Sequence record: PV245935.1
Source of the DNA: Escherichia phage kaset
Strand: one strand, 5' to 3'
Length of the DNA: 64,000 nucleotides
Both the position numbers and the translations under genes were made by a program. Positions 48,927-57,897 of this stretch are shown here, one piece after another; position 1 is the stretch's first letter, and every line of letters starts with the position of its first letter. The notes beneath the pieces are model-generated. The model did not search any database, had not been told where the DNA came from, and worked only from the letters and a program-made list of their open reading frames with translations.

Positions 48927-50597
48927 ATGTCAATTGAACATGACAATCTTCCAGAGGATACAGGTGATGAATTTGGTGCAATCTTTGACGAAATTCAAGA
49001 TGCTGGTGTTTCAGAAGAAATGCAAGCGGCAGAGCAGCAAGGCACCAGAGCTAAAATAAGCCTTCAGCACAAGGCTGTTGAGAAAGATGCAGAGCGCATG
49101 GAATGCTACGGTGAAGAAGACTTGGTTGAAAGAGCACGTTTGCTCGCCTCACTTCAGGTAATCAAGTTCCCTCACTACAAACCGACGAAAGATGATTTTG
49201 TTCTTCAGGCGGACCGGACGAGTGACATGAACCGTTATGCGGTTTTCGACGCGTTGTTTGATAAGGGAAGCGGCATCGTCCCATTCCCTCACAAAGATAC
49301 TTTTCGTGGACGCTTAGTCGACCATCGCGGCGAAACATTCACCGACCGGACATTGGAAGTCACAGAGATAGTTGCCGCTGTCGACGCAGCAGGTCTGTCC
49401 AACCCAAACTCACGTCAGGTCGCTCAATCCTATAAGGAATGGGCCATGCGTTATCAGCGCGACGACCTGATGGACTTCTTCTACAAGAAGCTGCCTGAAT
49501 GGGACGGTACTGCGCGCATTGAAAAATACCTTATCGAGCTATTCCGACCGTTCGATACAGAGTTAAACCGACAAATCGGTGTGTATTTTTGGCTATCGCT
49601 CTATAACCGCCTGACCAATCCTGGCTGTCAAGCGCCAATCTCCATTGCGCTCATCGGCGGCCAGAACGCAGGGAAGAGTTATTTTAGTAAGCTGCTTTGC
49701 GAAGCTATTATGAACGACCGCCACGCAACACCGATTCCGTTGAACTTGGCCGCGCAAAACTTCAACCCGTTCTTGCGAGCTATTACGGGTCGCTCAATTA
49801 TCGCGAACGTTGGCGAGATGACAGGCTTTAAAAAGGCTGACATCGAAAACATGAAAGCATTCCTGACTAAGACGGAAGATGACCTGGACTTCAAATTTGA
49901 AGATACGCAGGTTAAACCACGCCAGTGGATTGCTATCATGGACGGCAACGAATACGCAGGCATGCAGCGTGACGATACGGGCAACCGTCGTGTGTATCCT
50001 ATCTTTGTTGGCCAACTCGCCGACAAGGACGGGCAACCGAACTGGTCTAAAGACTTCCAAGCTGACCTTTCCACTTTGAAAGAAGACGTTTGGCAGCTGA
50101 TGGCTGAGTGCGCTGCGTGGATGGAGAAGCACGGCGAAGCAGGTTACAACGCCTTTGTTGGTGAAACATCTCGTATGCTTACTGAGTTCAGTAAGAACGA
50201 AATGGAACGTGCGCGCGGCGTTATCCGTGATGAGATGGTCGACAACGACCTTGTTGAAGTCATCATCACCGCGCCTTATGACCGACATCACAGCGGACGC
50301 TGGCACATCACCAGTGGGGCAATCGCTATGGGATTCAGAGCTAAGTGCGGCAAGTCGCCTTTCTCACGTACCCTTGCGCCGCACATGTCGAAGCTTGGAT
50401 TTGAGCCTGCAACCTATCGCAACCAGCGTGGCTACTTTACGCCGCTGATTAAGAATGAAGCAGGGGAATACATTTCTGACTTGATGACCATCTTAGCGTA
50501 TCTTATTCGCGACGAGTCTGACCCTGAAGATATTGAATTCTTGAAGAAGGTTATTGAACGCAAACGTTCTTTAGGAAGAGATAAGGATGAATTCTGA
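48927..50597 (+). CDS. VirE/D5-like primase-associated P-loop NTPase (putative replicative helicase)
   Basis: 556 aa; Walker A IALIGGQNAGKSY; follows primase gene. Confidence 0.55.
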   Translation: MSIEHDNLPEDTGDEFGAIFDEIQDAGVSEEMQAAEQQGTRAKISLQHKAVEKDAERMECYGEEDLVERARLLASLQVIKFPHYKPTKDDFVLQADRTSDMNRYAVFDALFDKGSGIVPFPHKDTFRGRLVDHRGETFTDRTLEVTEIVAAVDAAGLSNPNSRQVAQSYKEWAMRYQRDDLMDFFYKKLPEWDGTARIEKYLIELFRPFDTELNRQIGVYFWLSLYNRLTNPGCQAPISIALIGGQNAGKSYFSKLLCEAIMNDRHATPIPLNLAAQNFNPFLRAITGRSIIANVGEMTGFKKADIENMKAFLTKTEDDLDFKFEDTQVKPRQWIAIMDGNEYAGMQRDDTGNRRVYPIFVGQLADKDGQPNWSKDFQADLSTLKEDVWQLMAECAAWMEKHGEAGYNAFVGETSRMLTEFSKNEMERARGVIRDEMVDNDLVEVIITAPYDRHHSGRWHITSGAIAMGFRAKCGKSPFSRTLAPHMSKLGFEPATYRNQRGYFTPLIKNEAGEYISDLMTILAYLIRDESDPEDIEFLKKVIERKRSLGRDKDEF

Positions 50598-51244
50598 TGA
50601 ATAAAGCAATCAACATCGCTAAATTCTTTCAACATCTCGGTGAACTGAACAAAGAGAGTGACGTTCACGGAGAAGAAATGAACCGGATGATTTCAACCGT
50701 GTTGCGTGGTTTTGGGTACGATAAGGACTCCATCACCTGTAAACGCACGAAGCTTGTCGATGAGACATACCTTTACTACGTTGAATTGCGCGTAGGCAAG
50801 GATTTGATGATCATCGACCCTAAATTGGAAGGGGCGCACTGTTTTGGCGCTCACCCTCGTGCGAGTGAATTCAAGGGGCGCGGTCGCAACCGACTCCAGA
50901 AGCTTGATGATGCAGGCGACCTGAACATCTCGATGTTCCTCAAAGAGTTCCTTGCTCTGCCGAAGGTTGCATCCTCAACAGGTCGTGATGACCTGTGCAA
51001 GATTGGATTCAGAACTAAAGATTTGCGCAATGCGCTACGCAAGAAGGGATTTGTGCCTTCTTATGATAACGTCGCCGCGCTGATGGCTTCCATGGAGGAA
51101 GCTGAAGCAATGGATAAAGTGCGCGGCTATTTCCTGAATACAGGCTACACAATGTATGAGTGGCACACCAAAGGATTGACTGTCGCCGACTTCATCTATT
51201 CATTAGAGCAGAAGTATGTACGCAATATGCAGGCCACAGGATAA
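50597..51244 (+). CDS. hypothetical protein
   Basis: 215 aa; ATGA overlap with upstream stop. Confidence 0.45.
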   Translation: MNKAINIAKFFQHLGELNKESDVHGEEMNRMISTVLRGFGYDKDSITCKRTKLVDETYLYYVELRVGKDLMIIDPKLEGAHCFGAHPRASEFKGRGRNRLQKLDDAGDLNISMFLKEFLALPKVASSTGRDDLCKIGFRTKDLRNALRKKGFVPSYDNVAALMASMEEAEAMDKVRGYFLNTGYTMYEWHTKGLTVADFIYSLEQKYVRNMQATG

Positions 51245-51283
51245 TTATCATCAAAATATTTGCTTTTCTGACGAGGTGATATT

Positions 51284-51508
51284 ATGATTAATTTAGACAG
51301 GATTGAGTTAGCACTTAGTACCTTAATCAAATATTACCAGTTTGCTTTTAAGGCTAGTTTGTTTGGCTTGTTCAATCCTCATCAAGCAGCAAAGGCTCGA
51401 AGCAATGCCAACCGCCTGCGCTGCACTGGTATAGTCATCCACGACCGGATATTGACAGAGGGTAGATTCAGCCATGAATACACAAGGGAGAATAACAAAG
51501 CAACGTAG
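51284..51508 (+). CDS. hypothetical protein
   Basis: 74 aa; GAGGTGA RBS. Confidence 0.35.
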   Translation: MINLDRIELALSTLIKYYQFAFKASLFGLFNPHQAAKARSNANRLRCTGIVIHDRILTEGRFSHEYTRENNKAT

Positions 51509-51683
51509 GGCTTTACAAGTCCTCATCTACTACCTGACACGCCTTTATCCAACGGCGCACGAGCAGAATCCATCAACGGGTCACCTGTTTAAGCGCCGTA
51601 ACCTTTCGTTGAAAACATTCGCTTTAATCCAATACGACCGCTACCTGGACGGGCGCTACTGCGGCCCGAAGGACTCACTATGA
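51474..51683 (+). CDS. hypothetical protein
   Basis: 69 aa; stop overlaps next start (ATGA); overlaps previous ORF by 35 nt, so true start uncertain. Confidence 0.3.
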   Translation: MNTQGRITKQRRALQVLIYYLTRLYPTAHEQNPSTGHLFKRRNLSLKTFALIQYDRYLDGRYCGPKDSL

Positions 51684-51958
51684 TTACTACATACAAAGTA
51701 TTCTTTGTCAAATGCACATCATCGATTGATGACCAGTTTACTGCTGGAAAGAATTATCCCGTGATTTCTGAGTCAATACTAGATATAATCTTGAACGATC
51801 ATGAAATCTATGAGCCGATGCCAGCGACTGCGTTTGATGTTATCGGTCACGTTCGGATTAAGACGAATGTTGAAACGATGCATGACCCGTTGTTCAAGAA
51901 GCAAATTAAGAATGCCATGCAAGACTTTTGCGCGGCTATGTTCAAATACTATAAGTGA
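51680..51958 (+). CDS. hypothetical protein
   Basis: 92 aa. Confidence 0.4.
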   Translation: MITTYKVFFVKCTSSIDDQFTAGKNYPVISESILDIILNDHEIYEPMPATAFDVIGHVRIKTNVETMHDPLFKKQIKNAMQDFCAAMFKYYK

Positions 51959-51965
51959 GTTGAAG

Positions 51966-52187
51966 ATGAGCAAGAAAACTCTTAAGGCTGGCGACCGTAT
52001 CCGTTGGATGTCAGGGCAGAATATGCGCGCAGGCACCATCCTTGAGCTGGACCAATACCTTACTGATTCACGCGGTCGCAATCATTACCGCGTTCGAATC
52101 GATACGGTAAAAGAAGATGACAAGTCACTTGTTGGTGAAGTGGTCATCGTTACTCCACGTCAAATTAAGGCGGCTTGTGAAGCATGA
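51966..52187 (+). CDS. hypothetical protein
   Basis: 73 aa from internal ATG of ORF 51801-52187. Confidence 0.4.
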   Translation: MSKKTLKAGDRIRWMSGQNMRAGTILELDQYLTDSRGRNHYRVRIDTVKEDDKSLVGEVVIVTPRQIKAACEA

Positions 52188-52339
52188 ATAAATTTCAGTT
52201 TAACGATAACAAGGTTAGTAAAGCAGACGCAATCAAGCAGCTTCGCCGCGTGCTTGAAGCCAGCGGCCACACGAAAGAGCGCGCACGCGTCTTAGCCAAA
52301 GAACATTATAAACGTTTCGTGTCACAAATCAGAGGTTGA
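52184..52339 (+). CDS. small hypothetical protein (51 aa)
   Basis: ATGA overlap with upstream stop; below ORF-track cutoff. Confidence 0.3.
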   Translation: MNKFQFNDNKVSKADAIKQLRRVLEASGHTKERARVLAKEHYKRFVSQIRG

Positions 52340-52341
52340 CC

Positions 52342-52689
52342 ATGGCTCATGTTAAAGACGAAGTGCTGTTTGGCGCAGAGATTAAGAAGCGTGTCAGAGA
52401 AATGGCAGGAGAAGAAAGAATGAAGCCACTGCGAAAAGGTTTTGATCACATCAATGGCGTATCCGGCACGAAGGAGATGGGTGTGTTGGTAAAAGACATT
52501 CGCGTTGGCGATGTCATGGTCATCGACCGACAAGCGCGAGTCGTTATCCAGGTGCAACCGAACGATGATGAAGGATGTGTCCTATTGAAGCTGAAGAAGC
52601 TTTCATCCAGCCCAGCAAAGGCCGTCATCAAGAAGGTCTGGCCAGAAGGATTACGCAAACTCATTCGTCGACCCGTGGAGAATGTGTGA
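52342..52689 (+). CDS. hypothetical protein
   Basis: ATG 52342 after AGAGGT RBS. Confidence 0.4.
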   Translation: MAHVKDEVLFGAEIKKRVREMAGEERMKPLRKGFDHINGVSGTKEMGVLVKDIRVGDVMVIDRQARVVIQVQPNDDEGCVLLKLKKLSSSPAKAVIKKVWPEGLRKLIRRPVENV

Positions 52690-52925
52690 TGGAAGATTAT
52701 ATCAATTCTATGTACATGGCATTCTATGTCGTACAACTTCCCAATGGCGCGGTATTTTATGGCGAGTATACCTTTGACGTTCAATATGACGTCTCAGAGC
52801 GTACAGTGTTAACAAGGGAGTTGATTGCGGACCTTAAGGACGACATCAAGCGCGTCGCGCGGCAGCAGTTCAATTTGGATGACACCGTCATCGTTCGAAT
52901 TACCGGAATAACAGAGGTGCAGTGA
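52689..52925 (+). CDS. hypothetical protein
   Basis: 78 aa; start overlaps upstream stop. Confidence 0.4.
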   Translation: MEDYINSMYMAFYVVQLPNGAVFYGEYTFDVQYDVSERTVLTRELIADLKDDIKRVARQQFNLDDTVIVRITGITEVQ

Positions 52926-53254
52926 TGACCCGTGATCAGATACTCGCCGCGCATGAGCGTGAAAAGGCGAAAGAAATCTGGAAAAGACACAACGCCTTTG
53001 CCGAGTCCTATTACTTCTTAAAGAGGTGCATAAAAGAGAATGTGAGGATGGGTGATACCGTTTTGACATTTAACATTTTGTCTTATGGTAATAAGCTTAA
53101 TGCAATATATGCTTGTCGACTAGCCAACATGAAGTTCGATAGAGGAGGTGACGGAGAGTTGACCATCTATCGATTCTCTCACCGGACGGGTGATACAAAG
53201 ATAACAAGGACACGTGAACAGATAGAGATTGACTTACTTCACTATGTAAAATGA
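52922..53254 (+). CDS. hypothetical protein
   Basis: 110 aa; ATGA overlap. Confidence 0.4.
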   Translation: MMTRDQILAAHEREKAKEIWKRHNAFAESYYFLKRCIKENVRMGDTVLTFNILSYGNKLNAIYACRLANMKFDRGGDGELTIYRFSHRTGDTKITRTREQIEIDLLHYVK

Positions 53255-53259
53255 ATATC

Positions 53260-53292
53260 AAAAAGGTGAGCTAAATGCTTGCCTTTTCTTTT
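53260..53292 (+). terminator. hairpin + T-tract (copy 1 of repeated terminator-promoter cassette)
   Basis: AAAAAGGTGAGCtaaatGCTTGCCTTTT then CTTTTAT; same element at 54522-54553. Confidence 0.5.
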
Positions 53293-53339
53293 ATCAATAC
53301 TTATACTCTTTTCATCAAGACTAACAAGCGAGGTGAATT

Positions 53340-53657
53340 ATGATTTACTTAGGCATCGACCAGGAACAAGATGAGCAGTTAGGAAGCGTGTTAAACGTAG
53401 AATTAAACACAGCTGTACACGTCAAGCCTTGGCCAGAGGCGCACCCCGACGTAGTTGTACCCGTTGCACCTTGGACGCGTTACGTTGCCATTGACGATAA
53501 CGGCCTTGTCCATTGTTACTCAGAAAAGCCGACATACTTCGAAAAGTATCACCAATGGCTTATGACTGGTTGGGCAAAGGTGCGCTGTTGCGGCGAAGTC
53601 GGCCTGGAAGGATGGGGCTTCAAGGCTAGTGAATCATGCGTCGAGGTGCAATTATGA
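53340..53657 (+). CDS. hypothetical protein
   Basis: 105 aa; RBS GAGGTGA. Confidence 0.4.
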   Translation: MIYLGIDQEQDEQLGSVLNVELNTAVHVKPWPEAHPDVVVPVAPWTRYVAIDDNGLVHCYSEKPTYFEKYHQWLMTGWAKVRCCGEVGLEGWGFKASESCVEVQL

Positions 53658-53872
53658 ATGCCGCGCTGGGTAAGCTGTCTTTCAACAAACGCAATGAGCT
53701 GCGCATGGTATCGCTCTTTCAACAAACGCATTTATCACTAATCAAGATTGCAAACAAGGCCTACTCTCTAAATTGTCCTGAAGAAGAATGGAAAGAATTG
53801 AATGAGCGTCGTAAACAATTACAAAAGGCTGCATTCAAGCTGCAGCAATATGCCATGGAGTATGCAAAATGA
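53654..53872 (+). CDS. hypothetical protein
   Basis: 72 aa; ATGA overlap. Confidence 0.4.
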   Translation: MNAALGKLSFNKRNELRMVSLFQQTHLSLIKIANKAYSLNCPEEEWKELNERRKQLQKAAFKLQQYAMEYAK

Positions 53873-54261
53873 GAATGAAACGTTGCCCGTATTGCCACGA
53901 TGTGATGCATCTTCCACATGAAGAGTTTGTGCAGCACATGACTCATTGTGATAAGAATCCTAAAAGCGAGAGTCAACTTGAAGAAAGAATGTTTCTGGTT
54001 TCGTTCAAGTATTCAGCTTATGACGCGCAACTGGCTTACGGTGCGAGCGGTGCACCAAATGCTATTTACCGACCAACAACATTGAGAAGCGACATAGACT
54101 CAATACAGCTTGTGGCCTGGATTAACGTTAAGGAAGGAATCACGGCGCACTTTATCGCGCGCATCCAATCCGAGATTCTACGAATCAAGCGCGAATACAA
54201 CCGTGACATTACTGAAGTGAAGGTGCTGACCATCACACCGATGAATAAGGAGTTGCTGTGA
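53869..54261 (+). CDS. hypothetical Cys/His-rich protein
   Basis: 130 aa; N-terminal CPYCHDVMHLPHEEFVQHMTHC. Confidence 0.4.
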   Translation: MRMKRCPYCHDVMHLPHEEFVQHMTHCDKNPKSESQLEERMFLVSFKYSAYDAQLAYGASGAPNAIYRPTTLRSDIDSIQLVAWINVKEGITAHFIARIQSEILRIKREYNRDITEVKVLTITPMNKELL

Positions 54262-54518
54262 ACAAGGGTCCGATGACTAAGCTGGCCGTTGCCGCGCGGA
54301 AGCTTCGACAAGCTGTTAATGGGTCGCGGCCCGTGGTGTTAACACTCGACGACGCGAAGGCGCTGGTAGAGCTGCTCGACGAGCACAACCGACGAAAGAA
54401 TCTGGAGAACACATTACGCTGGCGCGTCACCCCAGCCGGGCGGGAGAGCGAGAAGAAAGCTTACTTGCGACGCAAACTAAGGTCAGTCGGCCTTCACGAA
54501 GAGGCGAAGAATATTTAA
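54258..54518 (+). CDS. hypothetical protein
   Basis: 86 aa basic protein. Confidence 0.4.
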   Translation: MNKGPMTKLAVAARKLRQAVNGSRPVVLTLDDAKALVELLDEHNRRKNLENTLRWRVTPAGRESEKKAYLRRKLRSVGLHEEAKNI

Positions 54519-54521
54519 TTC

Positions 54522-54553
54522 AAAAAGGTGAGCTAAATGCTTGCCTTTTTATT
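54522..54553 (+). terminator. hairpin + T-tract (copy 2 of repeated terminator-promoter cassette)
   Basis: CAAAAAGGTGAGCtaaatGCTTGCCTTTTTATTT; followed by TATACT and AAGGAG RBS. Confidence 0.5.
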
Positions 54554-54596
54554 TGCCTGTATTATACTTAGTTCATCAAGCAAAGGAGAATTGATT

Positions 54597-54893
54597 ATGA
54601 GTTACGACGAAAGGTTTGGCAGAAGCGGGCTGTTTCATGATGCTGTATACAAAGACAGCCAAGATGTCGTCTGCGTATTGAGAAATGATTCTTACGGCGT
54701 GCTCAAGCCGTTTAAGGTCGGTGAGACATACGAATTGTTTCACGGATGGATTACGCAACCAAACAACCTTCCTGATATGGAAGTCTGGTGGATAGAATAC
54801 AAGGGCCAGGCGCATCGTTGCAAGGTCGTAGAAATACGCGGCGTGACACACTATCAATCTATTATCAGCGGATTTGTTTTTAAGGAGATTTGA
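54597..54893 (+). CDS. hypothetical protein
   Basis: 98 aa; FKVGETYELF motif shared with ORF 56345-56686. Confidence 0.4.
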   Translation: MSYDERFGRSGLFHDAVYKDSQDVVCVLRNDSYGVLKPFKVGETYELFHGWITQPNNLPDMEVWWIEYKGQAHRCKVVEIRGVTHYQSIISGFVFKEI

Positions 54894-54895
54894 TT

Positions 54896-55198
54896 ATGAG
54901 TACCGAAGCGATGAAGAAAAAGGTTTTGAACGCTTTGCAAGAAGCCGTGAACTGTGGTGCCATTAAAGTATTTCATGAATTGCAATTTGGTGAAGGTGAC
55001 GCGGTAGAATTTTACAGCAATAAAGACGGTCTTGCGACAATTTTCTTTTCAGAGCAAAGGGTTGGTGAGTGCATCCTGCAAATTGGTGGATATAGGCTTG
55101 TCGTCGACGATGCATTTATCACCTGCGCTGATGGCCTTAATCCGATGTTGACGTTTGAGCGTCGCGGCATCCGTGTTGCAACATTTGGAGGACAGTGA
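54896..55198 (+). CDS. hypothetical protein
   Basis: ATG 54896 after TAAGGAGA RBS. Confidence 0.4.
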   Translation: MSTEAMKKKVLNALQEAVNCGAIKVFHELQFGEGDAVEFYSNKDGLATIFFSEQRVGECILQIGGYRLVVDDAFITCADGLNPMLTFERRGIRVATFGGQ

Positions 55199-55383
55199 TG
55201 AGCACCGAAGTACACAACGCATCAGCCTTGGTAAGCTTTTACCGTAACAAAGGCGTGTCGCTCGTTAAAACGCCGCAAGGGATGTTGTTCTTTGGCACGC
55301 GATTCCTTAAAGCATCGGAGCGTGAAACGCTGTCCAAGTTCGACCAGAAAACATTACACGCAGTTTGGAGAAGACAACAATGA
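55198..55383 (+). CDS. hypothetical protein
   Basis: 61 aa; RBS GGAGG. Confidence 0.35.
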   Translation: MSTEVHNASALVSFYRNKGVSLVKTPQGMLFFGTRFLKASERETLSKFDQKTLHAVWRRQQ

Positions 55384-55673
55384 GACTAAGCCTAGCGCAA
55401 ATTCAAACATTATACCGAATGGAAGACGGCACGCCATACATGCTGCGCGGCGACCGCAAGAAGGCTTATGAAAAGCGGCCATCACTATTTCACGACATCA
55501 ATGCGCCATCAATACCTGTCTTATTCCGGCTTGGTCTTGTTGATTGGGCGGTGCCAGGAGAGAAAGACCCGACGCGTTATTCATCCGTGGTGATGACAAA
55601 AGCAGGTCGCGCGGCATTAAAAGAAATTAAAGAGAATATGGCTGGAGGTAAATATTATGACATCAAATCTTAA
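55380..55673 (+). CDS. hypothetical protein
   Basis: 97 aa; ATGA overlap. Confidence 0.4.
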   Translation: MRLSLAQIQTLYRMEDGTPYMLRGDRKKAYEKRPSLFHDINAPSIPVLFRLGLVDWAVPGEKDPTRYSSVVMTKAGRAALKEIKENMAGGKYYDIKS

Positions 55674-55839
55674 GGCCCGTTTATTATTCATCAATCCGCA
55701 TGTGCCGTATAAGATTAGCAAGCGCACCTGGCTTAATATTTACAACCGCAGCGGCGACCGTTGCTTGTACAAGGCGAAGCGACGCAATAAAAGATACTTT
55801 CGTGTAGCGCAACCAAGTTTTCTCGGAGTAAAGAAATGA
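55657..55839 (+). CDS. small basic protein
   Basis: 60 aa; GGAGG RBS; stop overlaps next ATG; overlaps previous gene by 17 nt. Confidence 0.35.
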   Translation: MTSNLKARLLFINPHVPYKISKRTWLNIYNRSGDRCLYKAKRRNKRYFRVAQPSFLGVKK

Positions 55840-56345
55840 AAATCGAACAACTCGAAGCAGTACTGGAAATGGCTGTAAAGGCAGGCGCAATCAAAAGCTA
55901 TCGTCGCGAGAAGTCTGAGGATTCTGCACACTTTTGTCGCAACTTCTATATCGTCGGCAACCTTAACGACCACTACACCATCGAGTGGTATATTAACATA
56001 ATGACCCTTAAGTCGCGCAGCATGGAGCTTTGGTGTGATGACATCTGTCTTTCGAATACTCACCCAAGCTATGATGTCGCCCTGGCGTTCTATCACGGAA
56101 GCCGTCAACCTGTCGCCCACATCGGTGAGAAGCATGAGCAATTGAAGGAGAAACCAACGGCAGCTGACGGCTGGGTTGATTGGGACGGCGGCGACTTGAA
56201 TCCAGTACCAGGAAAGAAGGTGCTTTACATTCTGCGCGACGGTGCTACAGCTACAAAGCCGATTGCATCAAATGAATTGCGCTGGGAAAAGATTGAGCGC
56301 CACCGCGATGGCGATGTCATCAAATACAAAGTCGTGGAGGAATAA
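55836..56345 (+). CDS. hypothetical protein with W-x-W-GG-NPVPGK C-terminal module
   Basis: 169 aa; C-terminal WVDWDGGDLNPVPGKKV paralogous to C-terminus of ORF 57229-57897. Confidence 0.45.
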   Translation: MKIEQLEAVLEMAVKAGAIKSYRREKSEDSAHFCRNFYIVGNLNDHYTIEWYINIMTLKSRSMELWCDDICLSNTHPSYDVALAFYHGSRQPVAHIGEKHEQLKEKPTAADGWVDWDGGDLNPVPGKKVLYILRDGATATKPIASNELRWEKIERHRDGDVIKYKVVEE

Positions 56346-56686
56346 TGGAAGAGCAAGAAGGCCGTGAGCTAACGTTCGACGAGCAAATGAAAGAGCTTCA
56401 GCGCACATCGCCGCTGCGCGGTAAGGTTGTTGACATTGAGGCGAGCGAATCCAATCTCACCAAGTGGCGAATCAAGTGCACCAGCACAAGCAAGGATATG
56501 TTAAGCTTCAAAGTCGGTCAGACTTATTTGCTTTATGAGGCAAAAGGACTTATTATTGATGGAAGGCAAATTGTCTTCACGGTAGTCAACGGCATGCGTT
56601 GGTTCGTGAAGCGTGATGTAGAGGGTCGTGACATGTTTGTCGCAGGCTTCCCAGAAACAAGATTCAAATTGGAGAAGGTTAAATGA
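56345..56686 (+). CDS. hypothetical protein
   Basis: 113 aa; RBS GGAGGA. Confidence 0.4.
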   Translation: MEEQEGRELTFDEQMKELQRTSPLRGKVVDIEASESNLTKWRIKCTSTSKDMLSFKVGQTYLLYEAKGLIIDGRQIVFTVVNGMRWFVKRDVEGRDMFVAGFPETRFKLEKVK

Positions 56687-57012
56687 AATTGAAATGGTAC
56701 GTGGACCCTGAGCCAACAGGCCAATACAGGTCATTCCAACGTCGCGGCTGGCCGACTTGTTACAGCGGTAATCCCGATAAAGAAGATTGCGAGCTGCTTG
56801 CCGCTATCGTAAGCCTCGACCGTCACGGCTATGAAGGCCACTACGCGAGAGCAACCAACCTTCGGCTTAAGGTGCGCATCCATTTCAAGGTCGCAGGCGA
56901 GGACCGCACCGGACTCTCCAAGGAAGAGTTCAGCAGCATCGCTGAAGCAAAGGCATGGCTCAAGGCGTTCTATAAGAACAACCCTAAATTCTATCCAACT
57001 AAGGATGCATAA
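56683..57012 (+). CDS. hypothetical protein
   Basis: 109 aa; ATGA overlap. Confidence 0.4.
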   Translation: MKLKWYVDPEPTGQYRSFQRRGWPTCYSGNPDKEDCELLAAIVSLDRHGYEGHYARATNLRLKVRIHFKVAGEDRTGLSKEEFSSIAEAKAWLKAFYKNNPKFYPTKDA

Positions 57013-57245
57013 TGACCGATAAACAATACGCAGTCGGGCAACGTGACATCGAGCAACTCGACGAGGGCGGCTATTATACGCGCCACATCTATGCCATGAC
57101 GCATGAAGGACTTTACAGCAAGTCGGACATCGCCGCTGAACTGGCCCATCGTGACTTGCAAATTGACGTGTTGCGTCTCGCGCTTGAGAAGCAAACGCAA
57201 ATCGCTATTGAAATTTTGGAGAAGTTAAATGATACAACGTTATGA
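57012..57245 (+). CDS. hypothetical protein
   Basis: 77 aa. Confidence 0.4.
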   Translation: MTDKQYAVGQRDIEQLDEGGYYTRHIYAMTHEGLYSKSDIAAELAHRDLQIDVLRLALEKQTQIAIEILEKLNDTTL

Positions 57246-57897
57246 TGTTGATTATTGCACGCAGCACGCTTGTACATGCGAAGTTGTAAAGGATGATGAA
57301 GGCGGCTACGTTGAATATGAGGACTATGCCGCGCTGGAAGCGAAATATAGTTCTCTTACGTACATTGACAGCGAACCGTTTGCATACATCATTCAGGACA
57401 AGTATGAAAGGGAGAAAGGATTAGATGGTCATCTCAGTCGCAGTCATGTATCCAAATATGTTAGCCAGGAAGACATCAACGAGCATGAAATAACTTGCAT
57501 CCCGCTCTATCGCCAAGCACAGTTGGCGATAGCAATAAAACCGTTGGCAAAAACCGATGATGAGGACTACGCCGCGCTGGAAGCGAAATATGGTGAAGCG
57601 CAACGCGAGTTGGTTGCATTACGCTCACAGGTCCGTGATGCGTCGGCGCTCGTTAAGCAGTTGCACGACGTTGTTGCTACTATAGGCGTGGATGTTGATG
57701 CTTGCGAAAAGCAGGAAGAAGCGTGGACCGCGTGGTTTGGTGGAGAGAATCCGGTGCCTGGGAAGATGGTTGTGTTTGAGTTGTTAAACGGTTACAAATC
57801 AAAAGAGGCTGTGCCTTCGGATAATTTGAACTGGGGTGCAGTGGCAAGCCCTTTTGGCGAAGACATTGTTGCTTATCGGGTCGTTAAGGAGGGGTGA
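57229..57897 (+). CDS. hypothetical protein with internal repeat and W-x-W-GG-NPVPGK C-terminal module
   Basis: 222 aa; EDYAALEAKY occurs twice; C-terminal WTAWFGGENPVPGKMV. Confidence 0.45.
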   Translation: MIQRYDVDYCTQHACTCEVVKDDEGGYVEYEDYAALEAKYSSLTYIDSEPFAYIIQDKYEREKGLDGHLSRSHVSKYVSQEDINEHEITCIPLYRQAQLAIAIKPLAKTDDEDYAALEAKYGEAQRELVALRSQVRDASALVKQLHDVVATIGVDVDACEKQEEAWTAWFGGENPVPGKMVVFELLNGYKSKEAVPSDNLNWGAVASPFGEDIVAYRVVKEG

